Assembly (NCBI GenBank): GCA_002269645.1
Contig: NIVC01000622.1
Span: 186,001-250,000 of the forward strand
Origin: Macrostomum lignano
Taxonomy: Eukaryota
Direction: 5' to 3'
Length of the DNA stretch: 64,000 bases
The notes below the pieces were generated by a model. It was not told where the DNA came from and ran no database searches. It saw nothing but the letters and a program-made list of their open reading frames with translations. A program made the translations under genes and the position numbers. Of this stretch, positions 1 to 12,620 are shown in pieces; position 1 is the stretch's first letter; every line of letters begins with the position of its first letter.

Positions 1-297
1 AGCGAAAGAAGTGGAGGTAGAGAGCGGATGGATAGGTGGAGGGAAAGAGCGGATGAAGTGGAGAGAGAGAGCGGATGAAGTGGAGGTAGAGAGCGGAAGA
101 AGTGGAGGTACAGAGCGGAAGAAGTGGAGGTAGAGAGCGGAAGAAGTGGAGGTAGAGAGCGGAAGAAGTGGAGGTAGAGAGCGGAAGAAGTGGAGGTAGA
201 GAGCGGAAGAAGTGGAGGTAGAGAGCGGAAGAAGTGGAGGTAGAGAGCGGAAGAAGTGGAGGTAGAGAGCGGAAGAAGTGGAGGTAGAGAGCGGAAA
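1..297. repeat. 22-bp minisatellite GGAAGAAGTGGAGGTAGAGAGC
   Basis: About 13 tandem copies, truncated by window start. Confidence 0.95.
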
Positions 298-1221
298 GAG
301 ACTGGGCAATCGGAAGGAACAAATAAAATGTGGAGTGACATGTAGCTGAGAACAAGTACAATTGGTCTCATTTTTCAAATAATAGTTTAAAGCACAAAAT
401 GTACTTTTCGACTTTTCCTTTATTGTTTTTCTCCTATGGATCACAACGAAAAAAAATCAGTCAAAAATAGCGTTTAAGATTTTTGTAGTTTTGCCAACGA
501 GAATAAAATTATATTTCACAGCTGTTTCAGTGCTAGAATTATAGCGTTGGAAATCGACAGCAAGTTAAGCATAAATTTAAAAAAAATGAATAATTGTTAT
601 AAAGCCTGTTTGTTAGGGGTTTTAGACGCTCGTGCCATGTGCAGTATTGAACAGTATTAACATGCGGGTGTGGGTCTGGAAACCCCTGGAGCCTTGGCAA
701 CACTGTGTCAGCCCTCCCCATGTGCTTTATATTGTTTTCTCTCTACAGCTCATAGTCTACTTAGAGGAAAGAGATTAAACTGTGCCAAGGAATATTAGCT
801 AGAAAAATAAAGGTCTGGGGCAGAGAGAGGGAGAGAGAGAGATCAGAAAGTTATAGTAAATTTCCACACTGACACGCTTTCCATATTGTTTGACTGTCTT
901 AGTTTTGTTTACTAGAATGTTCGTCTCTGGCCCTCACTACCTCTTACCGTCTGTGTATCAGTTTAACCTCAGTCTAAACCTATCTTATATGGCTAACTAG
1001 GCCATTGTTTTGAAGTGTGCTGGGTCAGGTGTATGGCCTGAAATTGCTGCACAAATATTTTCATTAATTTTCTAGCCTATTTTTAAACTACTTTAAGTAG
1101 ATTTAGTGCGTTTTTAATGCAAATCCTGTTCATGTGTTCGAAAGTATTATTGATAAATGTTTAATGCTAATGACCTCTTCAATTTCACTGATCTGGTTTA
1201 TTTACCAGATAGCACTCTGGA

Positions 1222-1558
1222 ATCTAATCTCACTCTCTGATTGGAGTCTAATCTCACTCTCTGATTGGGGTATAATCTCTCTCTCTCTGATTGAAGTCTA
1301 ATCTCACTCTCTGATTGGACTCAATCTCACTCTCTGATTGGACTCAATCTCACTCTCTGATTGGACTCAATCTCACTCTCTGATTGGACTCAATCTCACT
1401 CTCAAATTGTAGTTTAATCTCAGTCTCTGAAAGATACTTAGTCTCACCATCTGGACGATACCTAATCTCACTCTGAAAGGTATCTAATCTCACTCTGAAA
1501 GGTATCTAATCTCACTCTGAAAGGTATCTAATCTCACTCTTTGATATCTAATCTCTCA
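1222..1558. repeat. 22-23-bp minisatellite CTAATCTCACTCTCTGATTGGA
   Basis: Tandem copies ending just before the acceptor at 1571. Confidence 0.9.
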
Positions 1559-1571
1559 TAACCGCTCACAG

Positions 1572-1875
1572 GGTGAAGATTGTCGGCCAGCTGCCCTCGC
1601 TGATGCTGGAGTTGAGCGAGTCGCGAGCTCGCCAGCTCATCGAGCTGTTCAACGGCATCCAGTTTCCCAAGCCGACCTCAAAGCAGCTGCATTCGGACGT
1701 TGTTGACACAGCCGCTGCGGCAACCGCCACCACTTCCAGCTCGACGTCGGGTTCTTCGCCGTCCGACCGATCTTCTAAAGTGCGCGACGTACTTGATCCG
1801 AAATATCGACCATCTGACACGTTGGAAATCTCGGTGGCGGCCGATTCTGATGACGATGATGACGACGATTTTGAA
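1572..1875 (+). CDS. VPS13: VPS13 exon (VKIVGQLPSLMLEL...DDDDDDDFE)
   Basis: Acceptor ctcacag/ at 1571, donor GAA/gtaatt at 1876; GC-rich; ends in acidic tract. Confidence 0.85.
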
Positions 1876-2261
1876 GTAATTTTTTTGGGGTGATAATTGT
1901 TGCTGTCCTCAATTTTAGTTCTTTTGACATGCTTTAGATGACGAGGCATTTGCCTATTTAAATGTAGTTATAGTTACTCCCGCCGTTTACCTACGTTTAG
2001 CTACATCAACGTCACTATTTAGTAAAGGTAACAAATACGGACCGTAGCGCTTTAGGTAACCCACTCAAAGACCCGCTTTATTGAACAGTGGAATACCTAC
2101 TAGAGTACCCAATATAATACTTGCTAAAATAACCAGATTAAAATAACCCACTAAAATACGCGATAGAATATCCACTGAAATAATTAAAGACTATCCGCTA
2201 GAATAGGCAGTAGAAAATCATCTAAAATATACCCTATGCTATATCTAACATACTTAATTCT

Positions 2262-2627
2262 ACATGTATACCCAACATACCAAATTCTGTACCCAGCATA
2301 CCCAGTTGTATACCAAAAATAACCAATTGTGTACCAAACATACCCAAATGTATACTCAACATACCCAATTTTATACCTAACACCCAATTTTATACCCAAC
2401 ATACACAATTGTATACCCAACATACCTAATTGTATACCCAACATACCCAATTGTATACCCAATATACCCAATTGTATACCTAACATACCCAATTGTATAC
2501 CTAACATACCCAATTGTATACCCAACATACCCAATTGTATACCCAATATACCCAATTGTATACCTAACATACCCAATTGTATACCCAACATACCCAATTG
2601 TATACCCAACATACCCAATACCCAAAG
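2262..2627. repeat. 21-bp minisatellite ACCCAATTGTATACCCAACAT
   Basis: Tandem copies running into the acceptor at 2627. Confidence 0.93.
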
Positions 2628-3266
2628 GACGCGGTGGAGACTCAGTCCATCGGCAGTGGATCCGGTGTGGCACCCCAGTCTGGCTCAGAGAGTCGCCGGC
2701 AGGTGCAAGCGCAAGGCACCAAGAAGAAGGTGTTCAACCTTGTTGATGTTGAGATGCAATTTGAAATCTGCTCAGCTTCGGTCTCGCTAACTAAAGCAGT
2801 CGGCGCCGCTCAGTTCCTCGAGTTTCGAGCGACTTACCTGTCGCTTCGGTTGATCAAGCGAACATTCGATTTGCGAGTTCGGTTCTGCCTGGACTCGGTG
2901 GCCTTGCTGCATCACGAGTTCCGGGATCTGCACTGCCCAGATAAACCGCTGGAAATTTTAGCTAGCGAGCTGTCCAACGACCCTAGGGGCTCTGTGGGGT
3001 CCAGGAGTTCGAGTCTGGGATCGAAAAGTTTTAGCTCGAAACAGTTCGAGGATCAGGGCAGTCACCTGGTGCAGCTCAAGTACACCAATGTGGAGAGGAA
3101 TTCGCCGTTCTTGGCTAGCGAATTCGGCAACATGCTGCAAGCTATGGACGTTGAGCTGCAGACTGTGAAAGTGAAGATGCACAAGGAGAGTCTGCTGGCT
3201 ATCTTACAGTTTGCCCAGACTCTGCTGCCGCTCATTGAGAGCATGACTGAGAATAGCGCGAGACAG
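2628..3266 (+). CDS. VPS13: VPS13 exon (DAVETQ...ENSARQ), 213 codons
   Basis: Acceptor cccaaag/, donor CAG/gtgaga; phase 0-0; matches ORF 2577..3434. Confidence 0.85.
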
Positions 3267-4340
3267 GTGAGAGGGGGTGGGAGACAGATGAGAGTGGGTG
3301 GGAGACAGGTGAGAAGGAGAGAGATGGTGAGAGGGAAAGGGGAGGCAGGTGAGAGAGGCGGAAGACAGATGAGAGGGAGTGGAAGACAGGTGAGAGGGTG
3401 TGGGAGGCAGGTGAGAGGGGCAGGAGACAGGTGAGAGGGTGTGGGAGGCAGGTGAGAGGGGCAGGAGACAGGTGAGTGGGGGCGGGAGACAGGTGTGAGA
3501 GGGGGGCGGTAGACAGGTGTGAGAGGGGGCGGTAGACAGGTGTGAGAGGCGGGCGGGAGACAGGTGTGAGAAGGGGGCAGGAGACAGGTGTGAGAGGGGG
3601 GCAGGAGACAGGTGTGAAAATGATGCTGGAGACAGGTGTGAGAGGGGGGCAGGAGACAGGTGTGAGAGGGGGCAGGAGACAGGTGTGAGAGGAGGGCAGG
3701 AGACAGGTGTGAGAGGGGGCAGGAGACAGGTGTGAAAATGATGCTGGAGACAGGTGTGAGAGGGGGCAGGAGACAGGTGTGAGAGGGATGCTGGAGACAG
3801 GTGTGAGAGGAGGGCAGGAGACAGGTGTGAGAGGGATGCTGGAGACAGGTGTGAGAGGGGGCAGGAGACAGGTGTGAGAGGGATGCTGGAGACAGGTGTG
3901 AGACGGGGGCGGGAGCAGGTGAGGGGGTGGGAGGCAGGTGAGATGGGGTGGGAGGCAGGTGAGAAGGGCAGGAGACAGGTGAGAGGGAGAGAGATAGGTG
4001 AGAGGGAAAGGGGAGGCAGGTGAGAGGGGCGGAAGACAGATGAGAGGGAGTGGGAGACAGGTAAGAGGGGCAGAAGACAGGTGAGAGGGAGAGAGACAAG
4101 TGAGAGGGGGCGGAAGACGGGAGAGGAGGGCGGGAGACAGGTGAGAGGGGGCGGGAGGCAGGTAATATGGGGCGAGAGACAGGTGAGAGGGAGTTGGGAC
4201 ACAGGTGAGAGGGGGTTGGCACACAGGTGAGAGGGGGTTGGGACACAGGTGAGAGGGGTTGGCACACAGGTAAGAGGGGGTTGGGACACAGGTGAGATGG
4301 GGTGGGAGACAGGTGAGAGGGGGCGGGGGATAGGTGAAAG
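3259..4340. repeat. G-rich minisatellite with core GAGACAGGTG(T)GAGAGGG
   Basis: Dozens of variable-length units starting at the exon/intron junction. Confidence 0.92.
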
Positions 4341-4446
4341 GGGATCAGATTACAAAATGGTAGACAGTGCAAGGGTAGACAGTGAGAACCCATGAGGTAA
4401 ATGTGAGAACACACAGCTGCACAATGGCGCTCCCCTCCCTCCCCAG

Positions 4447-4938
4447 GAACCCGTGTCGGTGGCCAGAGGCCAAGTATCTGGACGGCCGGTGGTTTTGCCA
4501 TCGCAGAAGCGGCTCAACCAATCCAGCAGCGGCGTCACCAAGTCGGTGGCGGCGCCGGGGCCGGGCAGCGGCTCAGACCTGATTGATCTGCAGTGCAACG
4601 TGCGCTGCGCCGCTGTCCAGCTGTTTGTCTGCCAGACTGACAAAGAGATCATGCGGGCCAATGTCAGAGGCCTGAGCGCCGGGGCGAAGATGACCCGACA
4701 GGCAACCAGTCTGGATGTGGTGCTGCAGAAATTTGAGGTCACCACATCGCTGTGCGGTAGCTTATACGACACAGTAATCTGGGTCAGTCAGAAGCAGGTG
4801 TTCGAGCTTAACCTGACCGTCTTCAGCCTGCCGAAGCCTGCGGCACTGATGGACAGCGAATGCGTGGATATGGCTGTTAAAGCTAAACTAGCCAAGATTA
4901 ACTGCGTGTTTTTGCACAGCTTTGTAGTGCAAATGCTG
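4447..4938 (+). CDS. VPS13: VPS13 exon (EPVSVARG...FVVQML), 164 codons
   Basis: Acceptor ccccag/, donor CTG/gtaggt; phase 0-0. Confidence 0.88.
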
Positions 4939-5030
4939 GTAGGTTGTGTACTTTTTTCTACTGTTAACTGGACTGAAAACATAAGCCTTTTTTAATCTAC
5001 TGTTTTTCTTCCTTCCTAATTATCTTGTAG

Positions 5031-5111
5031 CACTTCTTCGATTCGTTCCAAGCTGCTAAAGCTCAGATTGCTGAGGGCGCTCAAAAATTGACTCAGTCGG
5101 CTAAGGAGAAG
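5031..5111 (+). CDS. VPS13: VPS13 exon (HFFDSFQAAKAQIAEGAQKLTQSAKEK)
   Basis: Acceptor tcttgtag/, donor AAG/gtgtgt; 81 nt; F..FQAAK motif typical of VPS13A/C. Confidence 0.88.
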
Positions 5112-5204
5112 GTGTGTATTGTTTTGTTTGAATTTTTTTTAACTCTTGTATGGACATATATGTGGAATTGGGTCATGAACTCCTAACCTCTACTGAAATT
5201 TACT

Positions 5205-5990
5205 CAAACTTAACCTCTCTACCCCAATGTACACTGACCAGTCTAGCTTAACTTCTATACCCCGATGTACACTGAACACCCAAGCTTAACTTCTCTACCC
5301 CAATGTACACTGACCAGTCTAGCTTAAATCTCTACCCCAATGTACACCGACCAGTCTAGCTTAAACTCTCTACCCCATTGTACACTGGTCAGTCTAGCTT
5401 AAACTCAACCCCAATGTAGACTGGTCAGTCTAGCTTAACTTCTCTACCCCAATGAACACTAGCCAGCCTAACTTAACTTTTCTAACCCAATGTACACTGG
5501 TCAGCCTAAGTTTACCTTTCTACCCCAATTTACACTGGCCAGTCAAGCTTAATTTCTCTACCCCAATGTACACTGACCAATCTAGCTTTGTTCTCTACCC
5601 CAATATACACTGGCCAGCCTAGCTTAACTTCTGTACAACAATGTACACTGGCCAGCCTAGCTTAACTTCTCTACCCCAATGTACACTGAACAGCCTAGCT
5701 TATCATCCCTACCCCAATGTACACTGAACAGCCTAGCTTATCATCCCTACCCCAATGTACACTGGTCAGCCTAGCCTAACTTCCCTACCCTAATGTACAC
5801 TGGTCAGCCTAGCTTAACTTCTCTACCCCAATGTACACTGACCAGTCGAGCTTGACTTCTCTACTCCAATGTACACTGACCAGTCGAGCTTGACTTCTCT
5901 ACCTCAATATACATTAGCCAGTCTAGCTTATATAAACTCTCTACCCCAATGTACACTGGTCAGCCTAGTTTAAAGTCTCTACCTTAATTT
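5205..5990. repeat. About 38-bp minisatellite CCCCAATGTACACTGGTCAGCCTAGCTTAACTTCTCTA
   Basis: About 20 diverged tandem copies. Confidence 0.9.
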
Positions 5991-6105
5991 ATACTCTGAA
6001 TTTACTTTTAAACTGGCCTAAAACTGCTGTTGGTTGTACTTCTACATTGTATATGTATATGTATCAATCCATAATTAATGCAATATTTTAAAACCCAAAT
6101 CTCAG

Positions 6106-6207
6106 CTATTTGGCGCAGACAGCGGTCGCGCCAACCTGCCCAGCATTATGGGCGATTTCCACAATTTCGTTCTGTCCGTACCGGGTGCAGACAGCGCACC
6201 TGTGACA
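6106..6207 (+). CDS. VPS13: Candidate cassette exon of VPS13 (LFGADSGRANLPSIMGDFHNFVLSVPGADSAPVT)
   Basis: GC-rich island; acceptor atctcag/, donor ACA/gtacga; 102 nt, phase 0-0, no stop; not needed for frame. Confidence 0.5.
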
Positions 6208-6406
6208 GTACGACCGACTATTATTCAATTTTTTTATTTTACTATATAAAAATTAATCATCCAATGGTTTAATTTTTTTGTAATAAAGTGAAGGATTTTT
6301 TCTTTATTTGCTAGCTTTTTTATTTACTACTGATTTAAAAAAATCAAAAGTAGTATGCTGTTTTTTCATTTTTGCACTGACTATGATCCTCTGACCTTAC
6401 TAACAG

Positions 6407-6781
6407 GCTGTGGAGTCCAGCAACTTGAAGATGCAGCTGGACGTGGAGATCCAGGCACCCGTGGTACTGATTCCCCAATCCTCGCAGTCGGAGAACGTGC
6501 TCTGGGCCGATCTGGGCTGCATCCGGGTGTACAACAGTTTTAAGAGAGCCGAATCAGTTGATCAGGCCATGATGAGCGGCAAGGAACCGCTACCGGTCAG
6601 CCGGGAGTCGGTGCGGTTCCTCGACCAGTGGAACGCCGGTTTAGTGGCGTCGTCCGCTGTTCCGTCTACGGCAACTGAGAAGCCAACTGATGACGGTGGA
6701 GTCGACATGGAGGACATGCAGATTGAACTGTTCGATGTGAAAGTTCTTAGGAGCACCGTGTCTAAGGGTGCTAATGGACAG
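6407..6781 (+). CDS. VPS13: VPS13 exon (AVESSNLKMQLDVEIQAPVVLIPQS...GANGQ)
   Basis: Acceptor ctaacag/, donor CAG/gtgagg; 125 codons; APVVLIPQS..ADLG motif. Confidence 0.92.
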
Positions 6782-6823
6782 GTGAGGAGTGTGATGCTGA
6801 GAGGCCATTCTTGATTATTAGTA

Positions 6824-7400
6824 CCTAATCGCCTGACTCTAATCTCTTGACTCTAATCCCCTGAATCTAATCCCCTGACTCTAATCCCCTGAATCTAATC
6901 CCCTGACTCTAATCCCCTGACTTTAATCCCCTGACTCTAATCCCCTGACTCTAATCCCCTGACTCTGATCCCCTGAATGTAATCCCCTGACACTAATCCC
7001 CTGACTCTGATCCCCTGACTCTAATCCCCTGACTCTAATCCCTGACTCTAATCCCCTGACTCTGATCCCCTGACACTAATCCCCTGACTCTAATCCCCTG
7101 AATCTAATCCCCTGAATCTAATCCCCTGACTCTAATCCCCTGAATCTAATCCCCTGAATCTAATCCCCTGACTCTGATCCCCTGACTCTGATCCCCCGAC
7201 ACTAATCCCCTGACTCTGATCCCCTGACTCTGATCCCCTGACACTAATCCCCTAAATCTGATCCCCTGACTGTAATCCTCTGACTAATCCCAGACTCCGA
7301 TCCCCGACTCTAATCCCTGACTGTAATCCTCTGACTCTAATACCTAACTCTAATCCCCTGAATCTAATCCCCTGAATCTAATTCCCTGCCTGTAATCCCT
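6824..7400. repeat. 14-bp minisatellite CTAATCCCCTGACT
   Basis: About 40 tandem copies. Confidence 0.93.
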
Positions 7401-7607
7401 GATTGTCTACGATACTCGATGCTAATTGATTGCCTTTTGCATAGCTTCTCTCTCAAATCTTCTCCCAGATCCCATCACCTAATCCTGTCAAATCCCATCA
7501 TCTTATCCCCTCAGATCCCATCACCTGATCCTCTCAGATCCCATCACCTAATCCTCCTCTGCGTCAGTCGCACAATCTTATCCCACATCATTCGATCCCA
7601 ACTCCAG

Positions 7608-8245
7608 CTCACTGGCACCAACGAAGTCCAAGTGATGGAGCCGTTCGAGCTGAAGGCCCAGCTGCGCCGGCACTACAGCCGGCAGCCAGTCGACCTGCCC
7701 AGCCTCTCCATTGATGGCGCCATTCGTCGTATCGACCTTCGCCTGGCCAAAGCCGACTACCACGCCGTTGTTGGCATCTTTGTTCGCAATCTAGACGAAG
7801 GTCAGCGAGTGCAAAGTCAGCTGATGGCTGCCGACGCCGCCGCAGCCACTGTGGCGCCGCAAGGCATCGGCGCAGTTGCCGTCGAGAGGCAGAAGGCCAC
7901 CTCAAAAAAGCTGCCATCGTCGCAGCTGCCCTACAAACCGGTGACCACCGCGGCCACCGTGGCGGCTGACGCGTCGGCTACAAGCAGCAGCTCCGACAAT
8001 TCAAAATCGGCGTCTGCGCCCACCTGTGCTGTACAATTCCAGTTCCGCATTGAGGCGATCTCCCTGGAGTTGTACAACGACGAGAAAGACGACGCGCTGG
8101 GCAAAGTTGCTCTGGGCAAGGCGCAGATCCAGCAGCTGCTGCTTGGCGGCCACATGATGTCCGATGGCATCACCCGCCTGCTCATGCAGATTAGCGATCT
8201 CAAGCTGACTGACAAGCGACCGGGAGCTCAGCAGAAGATTAACAG
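7608..8245 (+). CDS. VPS13: VPS13 exon (LTGTNEVQVMEPFEL...QQKINR)
   Basis: Acceptor actccag/, donor CAG/gtatgg; phase 0-2. Confidence 0.9.
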
Positions 8246-8304
8246 GTATGGGTTTTTGTCGGCTGGCCAGAGTTAGTGGTTGTGAGGCAATTTTTGTTTA
8301 GTGC

Positions 8305-8870
8305 TTACCATCCGCTGTCTACCATCCGCTGTCTACCATCCGCTGTCTACTATCCACTGTCTACCATCCGCTGTCTACTATCAACTGTCTACCATCCGCT
8401 GTCTACCATCCGCTGTCTACCATCCGCTGTCTACCATCCGCTGTCTACTATCCACTGTCTACCATCCGCTCTGTACCGTCCGCTGTCTACTATCCACTGT
8501 CTACCATCCGCTGTCTACCTCTAGCTATCTACCATCCGCTCCTAATCTCTGGCTATCTACCATCCGCTGTCTACCTCTAGCTATCTACCATCCGCTCCTA
8601 ATCTCTGGCTATCTACCATCCGCTATCTACCATCCGCTGTCTACCATCCGCTGTCTACCATCCGCTGTCTACCATCCGCTGTCTACCTTCGGCTATCTAC
8701 CATCCCCTTTCTATCTCTGGCTATCTACCATCCGCTATCTACATGCGTTATCTACCTCTGGCTATCTACCATCCGGCATCTACCATCCGCTATCTACCAT
8801 CCGCTGTCTACCATCCGCTATCTACCTCTGGCTATCTACCATCCGCTCTCTACTAACAGCTCTCTACCTT
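8305..8870. repeat. 14-bp minisatellite CTACCATCCGCTGT
   Basis: Tandem copies. Confidence 0.92.
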
Positions 8871-9789
8871 TGGCTCTATACAGTGCACCAGCCGCTATCT
8901 ACCTTATGGCTATCTGCCATTCACCCTCTACTATCGCCTTCAGCAATGCTTTCCTCTGTATCGTAGCAGCCAGTTTTATAATTGCTAACTTGCGCAATAT
9001 TGTTTTCAAATTGGGTTTATCACAGGTATTTGATGTTTATTTGATTGTACTCTGTGCTTTGTTCTCTAGCAGTTCGCGTGGAACCGTTATGAAATTTTCA
9101 ATATCGCAGGCACTCGCTTATATATTATAACCACCATATGCCTAATTACTTAGTTAATATAATTGCAAGTAGTTATTGAAATAACTCACCAATGTGCAGG
9201 CGTTAGGCATTAGTAGTGCTCTGTGTACTTATACTTGAACTACAGAAATGGAATGGAATCTATCTAATTATCTATCTAATTGTACTGTCGAATCTTCCTC
9301 TAAAAAGTGTGAAACTCATTAGCGCGCCTTATTGATTTATTTTGTTTTACTTTTCACTCACCATTCTAGCGGAGTTATAATGCGGTAGGTTTGCACTGCA
9401 GGTTTCTTAAATTCATAAACAATTCATACCAGTGTTAGTTGATAGGCCATGCATTTCGGAGATTGATCATATTTTAGTTCTTTATTAATTAACAATTAAG
9501 TCCTAATACTCGTTGCTTTTCTGTTTAATAGTTTCGTTATAATCACCTTAGCCCGTTTCTATCATAACCAAGTTTGCTTTGAATTTCTTTACACGTGCAC
9601 ATTGTTAATAGATTTGTATTAATACTTTCTGTTGTTTTCTTGTTGGTGAAAACATATTACATATACTGTCTGCTAGCATGTGTGTATATACTACTAGCTA
9701 GTGTAATAGTAGTAGCTTAGTGGTTTCTTATGTCTGAATCCTAGTGCTTTTTCAATAGTTTAGCTCAGTATGATAAGATAAAATGCAAC

Positions 9790-10255
9790 ACAAAGACCCA
9801 CCATAGGGCCCACACAAAGACCTATCATGTGTCCCACACAAAGCCTCATTAATAGAACCCACATAATGACCCATCATAGGACCCACATAATGACCCATCA
9901 TAGGACCCACACAAAGACCCATCATAGGACACACAAAGACCCATCATGGAACCCATTCAAAGACCCACCAAAGGGCCCATACAAAGAACTATCATAGGAC
10001 CCACACAGAGACCACCATAAGGCCCACACAAAGACCACCAAAAGACCCACACAAAGACCCATCATGGAACCCATTCAAAGACCTACCAAAGGGCCCATAC
10101 AAAGAACTATCATAGGACCCACATAGAGACCCACCATAAGGCCCACACAAAGACCACCAAAAGACCCACACAAAGACCCACCATAGGGCCCACACAAAGA
10201 CCCATCATGGAACCCATTCAAAGACCTATCAAATGATCCACTCAAAGACCCACTG
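9790..10255. repeat. About 24-bp minisatellite CCCACACAAAGACCCATCATAGGA
   Basis: Diverged tandem copies with a longer internal duplication. Confidence 0.88.
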
Positions 10256-10744
10256 AATGACTTACACTTACATAAAATCGATTTTTTTTAATAATGCAAC
10301 TACTAATGTTCCCATTTAGTAGTAGTAGTAGGAAGAGACAACTGAAAGCCATTTTTAGACAGAATGAATTAAATAACTGTTGTGCTATTTATTACTCGGT
10401 TGTTTTTTGTATCGGTTTTATAATATATTAATCCAAAAATAGTTATAGCAAAGTTTCACGTTTTAATTTTTAGTGCCGATGGGTAAGTGAAACAAAAAAT
10501 TCTATAATTGAGCTTTCTCTGTTCCATGACGGGAGTTTTTCAAAATTTGTGTAATGGGTATTAAAGCCATCGCAAAATCAACAATGCGTTGACGTGGTTT
10601 TTCTCTGTTTTGAAAACTTAATGTGCATCTCATCGGTTCAATCCCTTTCTATTGTGTAATTTTTGCATGTTGGTGCTTAATTGGTACAAGTTATGACTTC
10701 CGAGAAGTGGCTGTGAGGTGGGTATCAGTATTCGGTCAGCTGAA

Positions 10745-11710
10745 TTATCATAGAGGGTAGCAGTGATCTATTGGATGATCAGAGGGTAGCAGTGATCCAT
10801 TAAATGATCATAGAGGGTAGCAGTGATTCATTGAATGATCATAGAGGGTAGCAGGCACCCATTAAATGATCATAGAGGGTAGCAGTGATCCATTGAATGA
10901 TCATAAAGGGTAGCAGTGACACATTGAATGATCATAGAGGGTAGCAGTGACACATTAAATAATCATAGAAGGTAGCAGTGACACATTAAATGATCATGGA
11001 TGATGTCAGTGACCCGTTTGGGTGATCATAGAGGGTAGCAGTGACACATTGAATGATCATAGTGGGTAGCAGTCACCCATTAAATGATCATAGAAGGTAG
11101 CAATGACCCATTGAATGATCATATAGGGTAGCAGTGACCCATTAAATGATCATAGAGGGTAGCCGTCACCCATTTTAAGATTATAGAGGGTAGCGGCGAC
11201 CCATTGGATGATCATAGAGGGTAGCAGTGACCCATTGGGTGATCATAGAGGGTAGCAGTGACACATTGAATGATCATAGAGGTTAGCAGTGACACATTGA
11301 ATGATCATGGATGATGTCAGTGACCCGTTTGGGTGATCATAGAGGGTAGCAGTGACTCATTTTAGGATCATAGAGGGGTAGCAGTGACCCATTGGGTGAT
11401 CATAGAGGGTAGCAGTCACCCATTAAATGATCATAGAAGGTAGCAATGACCCATTGAATGATCATATAGGGTAGCAGTGACACATTGAATGACACATTGA
11501 ATTGAATGATCATGGATGATGTCAGTGACCCGTTTGGGTGATCATAGAGGGTAGCAGTGACTCATTTTAGGATCATATAGGGTAGCAGTCACCCATTTTA
11601 AGATCATAGAGGGTAGCGGTGACCCATTGGATGATCATAGAGGGTAGCAGTGACCCATTGGGTGATCATAGAGGATAGCAGTCACCCATTAAATGATCAT
11701 AGAGTGTAGC
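10745..11710. repeat. About 32-bp minisatellite ATGATCATAGAGGGTAGCAGTGACCCATTGA
   Basis: About 29 tandem copies. Confidence 0.92.
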
Positions 11711-11849
11711 AACCAAGCTCACTAAAGACGCAGTGACCTATCAGATAATCGCAATTCTAAATATGTTTTCTACGTTAAAATTCATCGACAACTCTTGCAA
11801 ACTGATTACTAAATATAAAAAGTGACTGAAAATGTCTCCATTTCGCCAG

Positions 11850-12070
11850 AATCATGCACAAACGAAACGACACGGCTGCTCAAGAGGCTGCATCCGGTAC
11901 ATCCGGTCCGCCTTTGATGCTGCTGACCCTCACCTCCGAGTCCGCCGGTAACCAGGTGTGCGATATCAGCCTAGCCAGCGTGTACCTGTGCGTGGACATG
12001 GGCTACCTGAAAGAGTTGGCCGAGTTTTTCATGCCCTCCGATTTAGTGCAGACTGCCAGCTCAGCGGCGG
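11850..12070 (+). CDS. VPS13: VPS13 exon (IMHKRND...VQTASSAA)
   Basis: Acceptor cgccag/, donor CGG/gtgagt; phase 2-1, fits the previous exon. Confidence 0.88.
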
Positions 12071-12124
12071 GTGAGTTGGGCCTCAGGTTTTGTGCTCAGG
12101 CGTGCTTTTGGGGTTCTTACAGTG

Positions 12125-12620
12125 CGCTATCTCAATTGAGGGATTCCCCAGGTGTGTTATCTGAATTGAGGGATTCTCCAGGTGTGTTATCTTACTTGAG
12201 GGATTCCCCGGGTGTGTTATCTTAATTGCGAGAATCCCTAGGTGTTTTATCTCAATTGAGGGATTCCCCAGGTGTCTTATCTTAATTAAAGGATTCCCCT
12301 GGGGTGTTATCTTAATTGAGGGATTCCCCAGGTGTTTTATCTCAATTGAAGGATTCTCCAAGGGTGTTATCTTAATTGAGAGATTCCCCAGGTGTCTTAT
12401 CTTAATTAAAGGATTCCCCTGGGGTGTTATCTTAATTGAGGGATTCCCCAGGTGTTTTATCTAAATTGAAGGATTCTCCAAGGGTGTTATCTTAATTGAG
12501 AGATTCCCCAGGTGTCTTATCTTAATTGAAGGATTCCCCAGGTGTGTTATCTTAATTGAGAGATTCCCCAGGTGTGTTATCTCATAGGAGTGCTTCCCAA
12601 TGGGTCTTATCTCAATTAAG
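12125..12620. repeat. 30-bp minisatellite GGGATTCCCCAGGTGTGTTATCTTAATTGA
   Basis: About 15 copies. Confidence 0.93.

Noticed and set aside
749-845. Possible exon after a good acceptor (ctctctacag/)
   Set aside because: Stops in all three frames before a plausible donor
3062-4501. Long minus-strand ORFs (479, 361, 330 aa)
   Set aside because: Translation of the GAGACAGGTG minisatellite; open in several frames; no domain content
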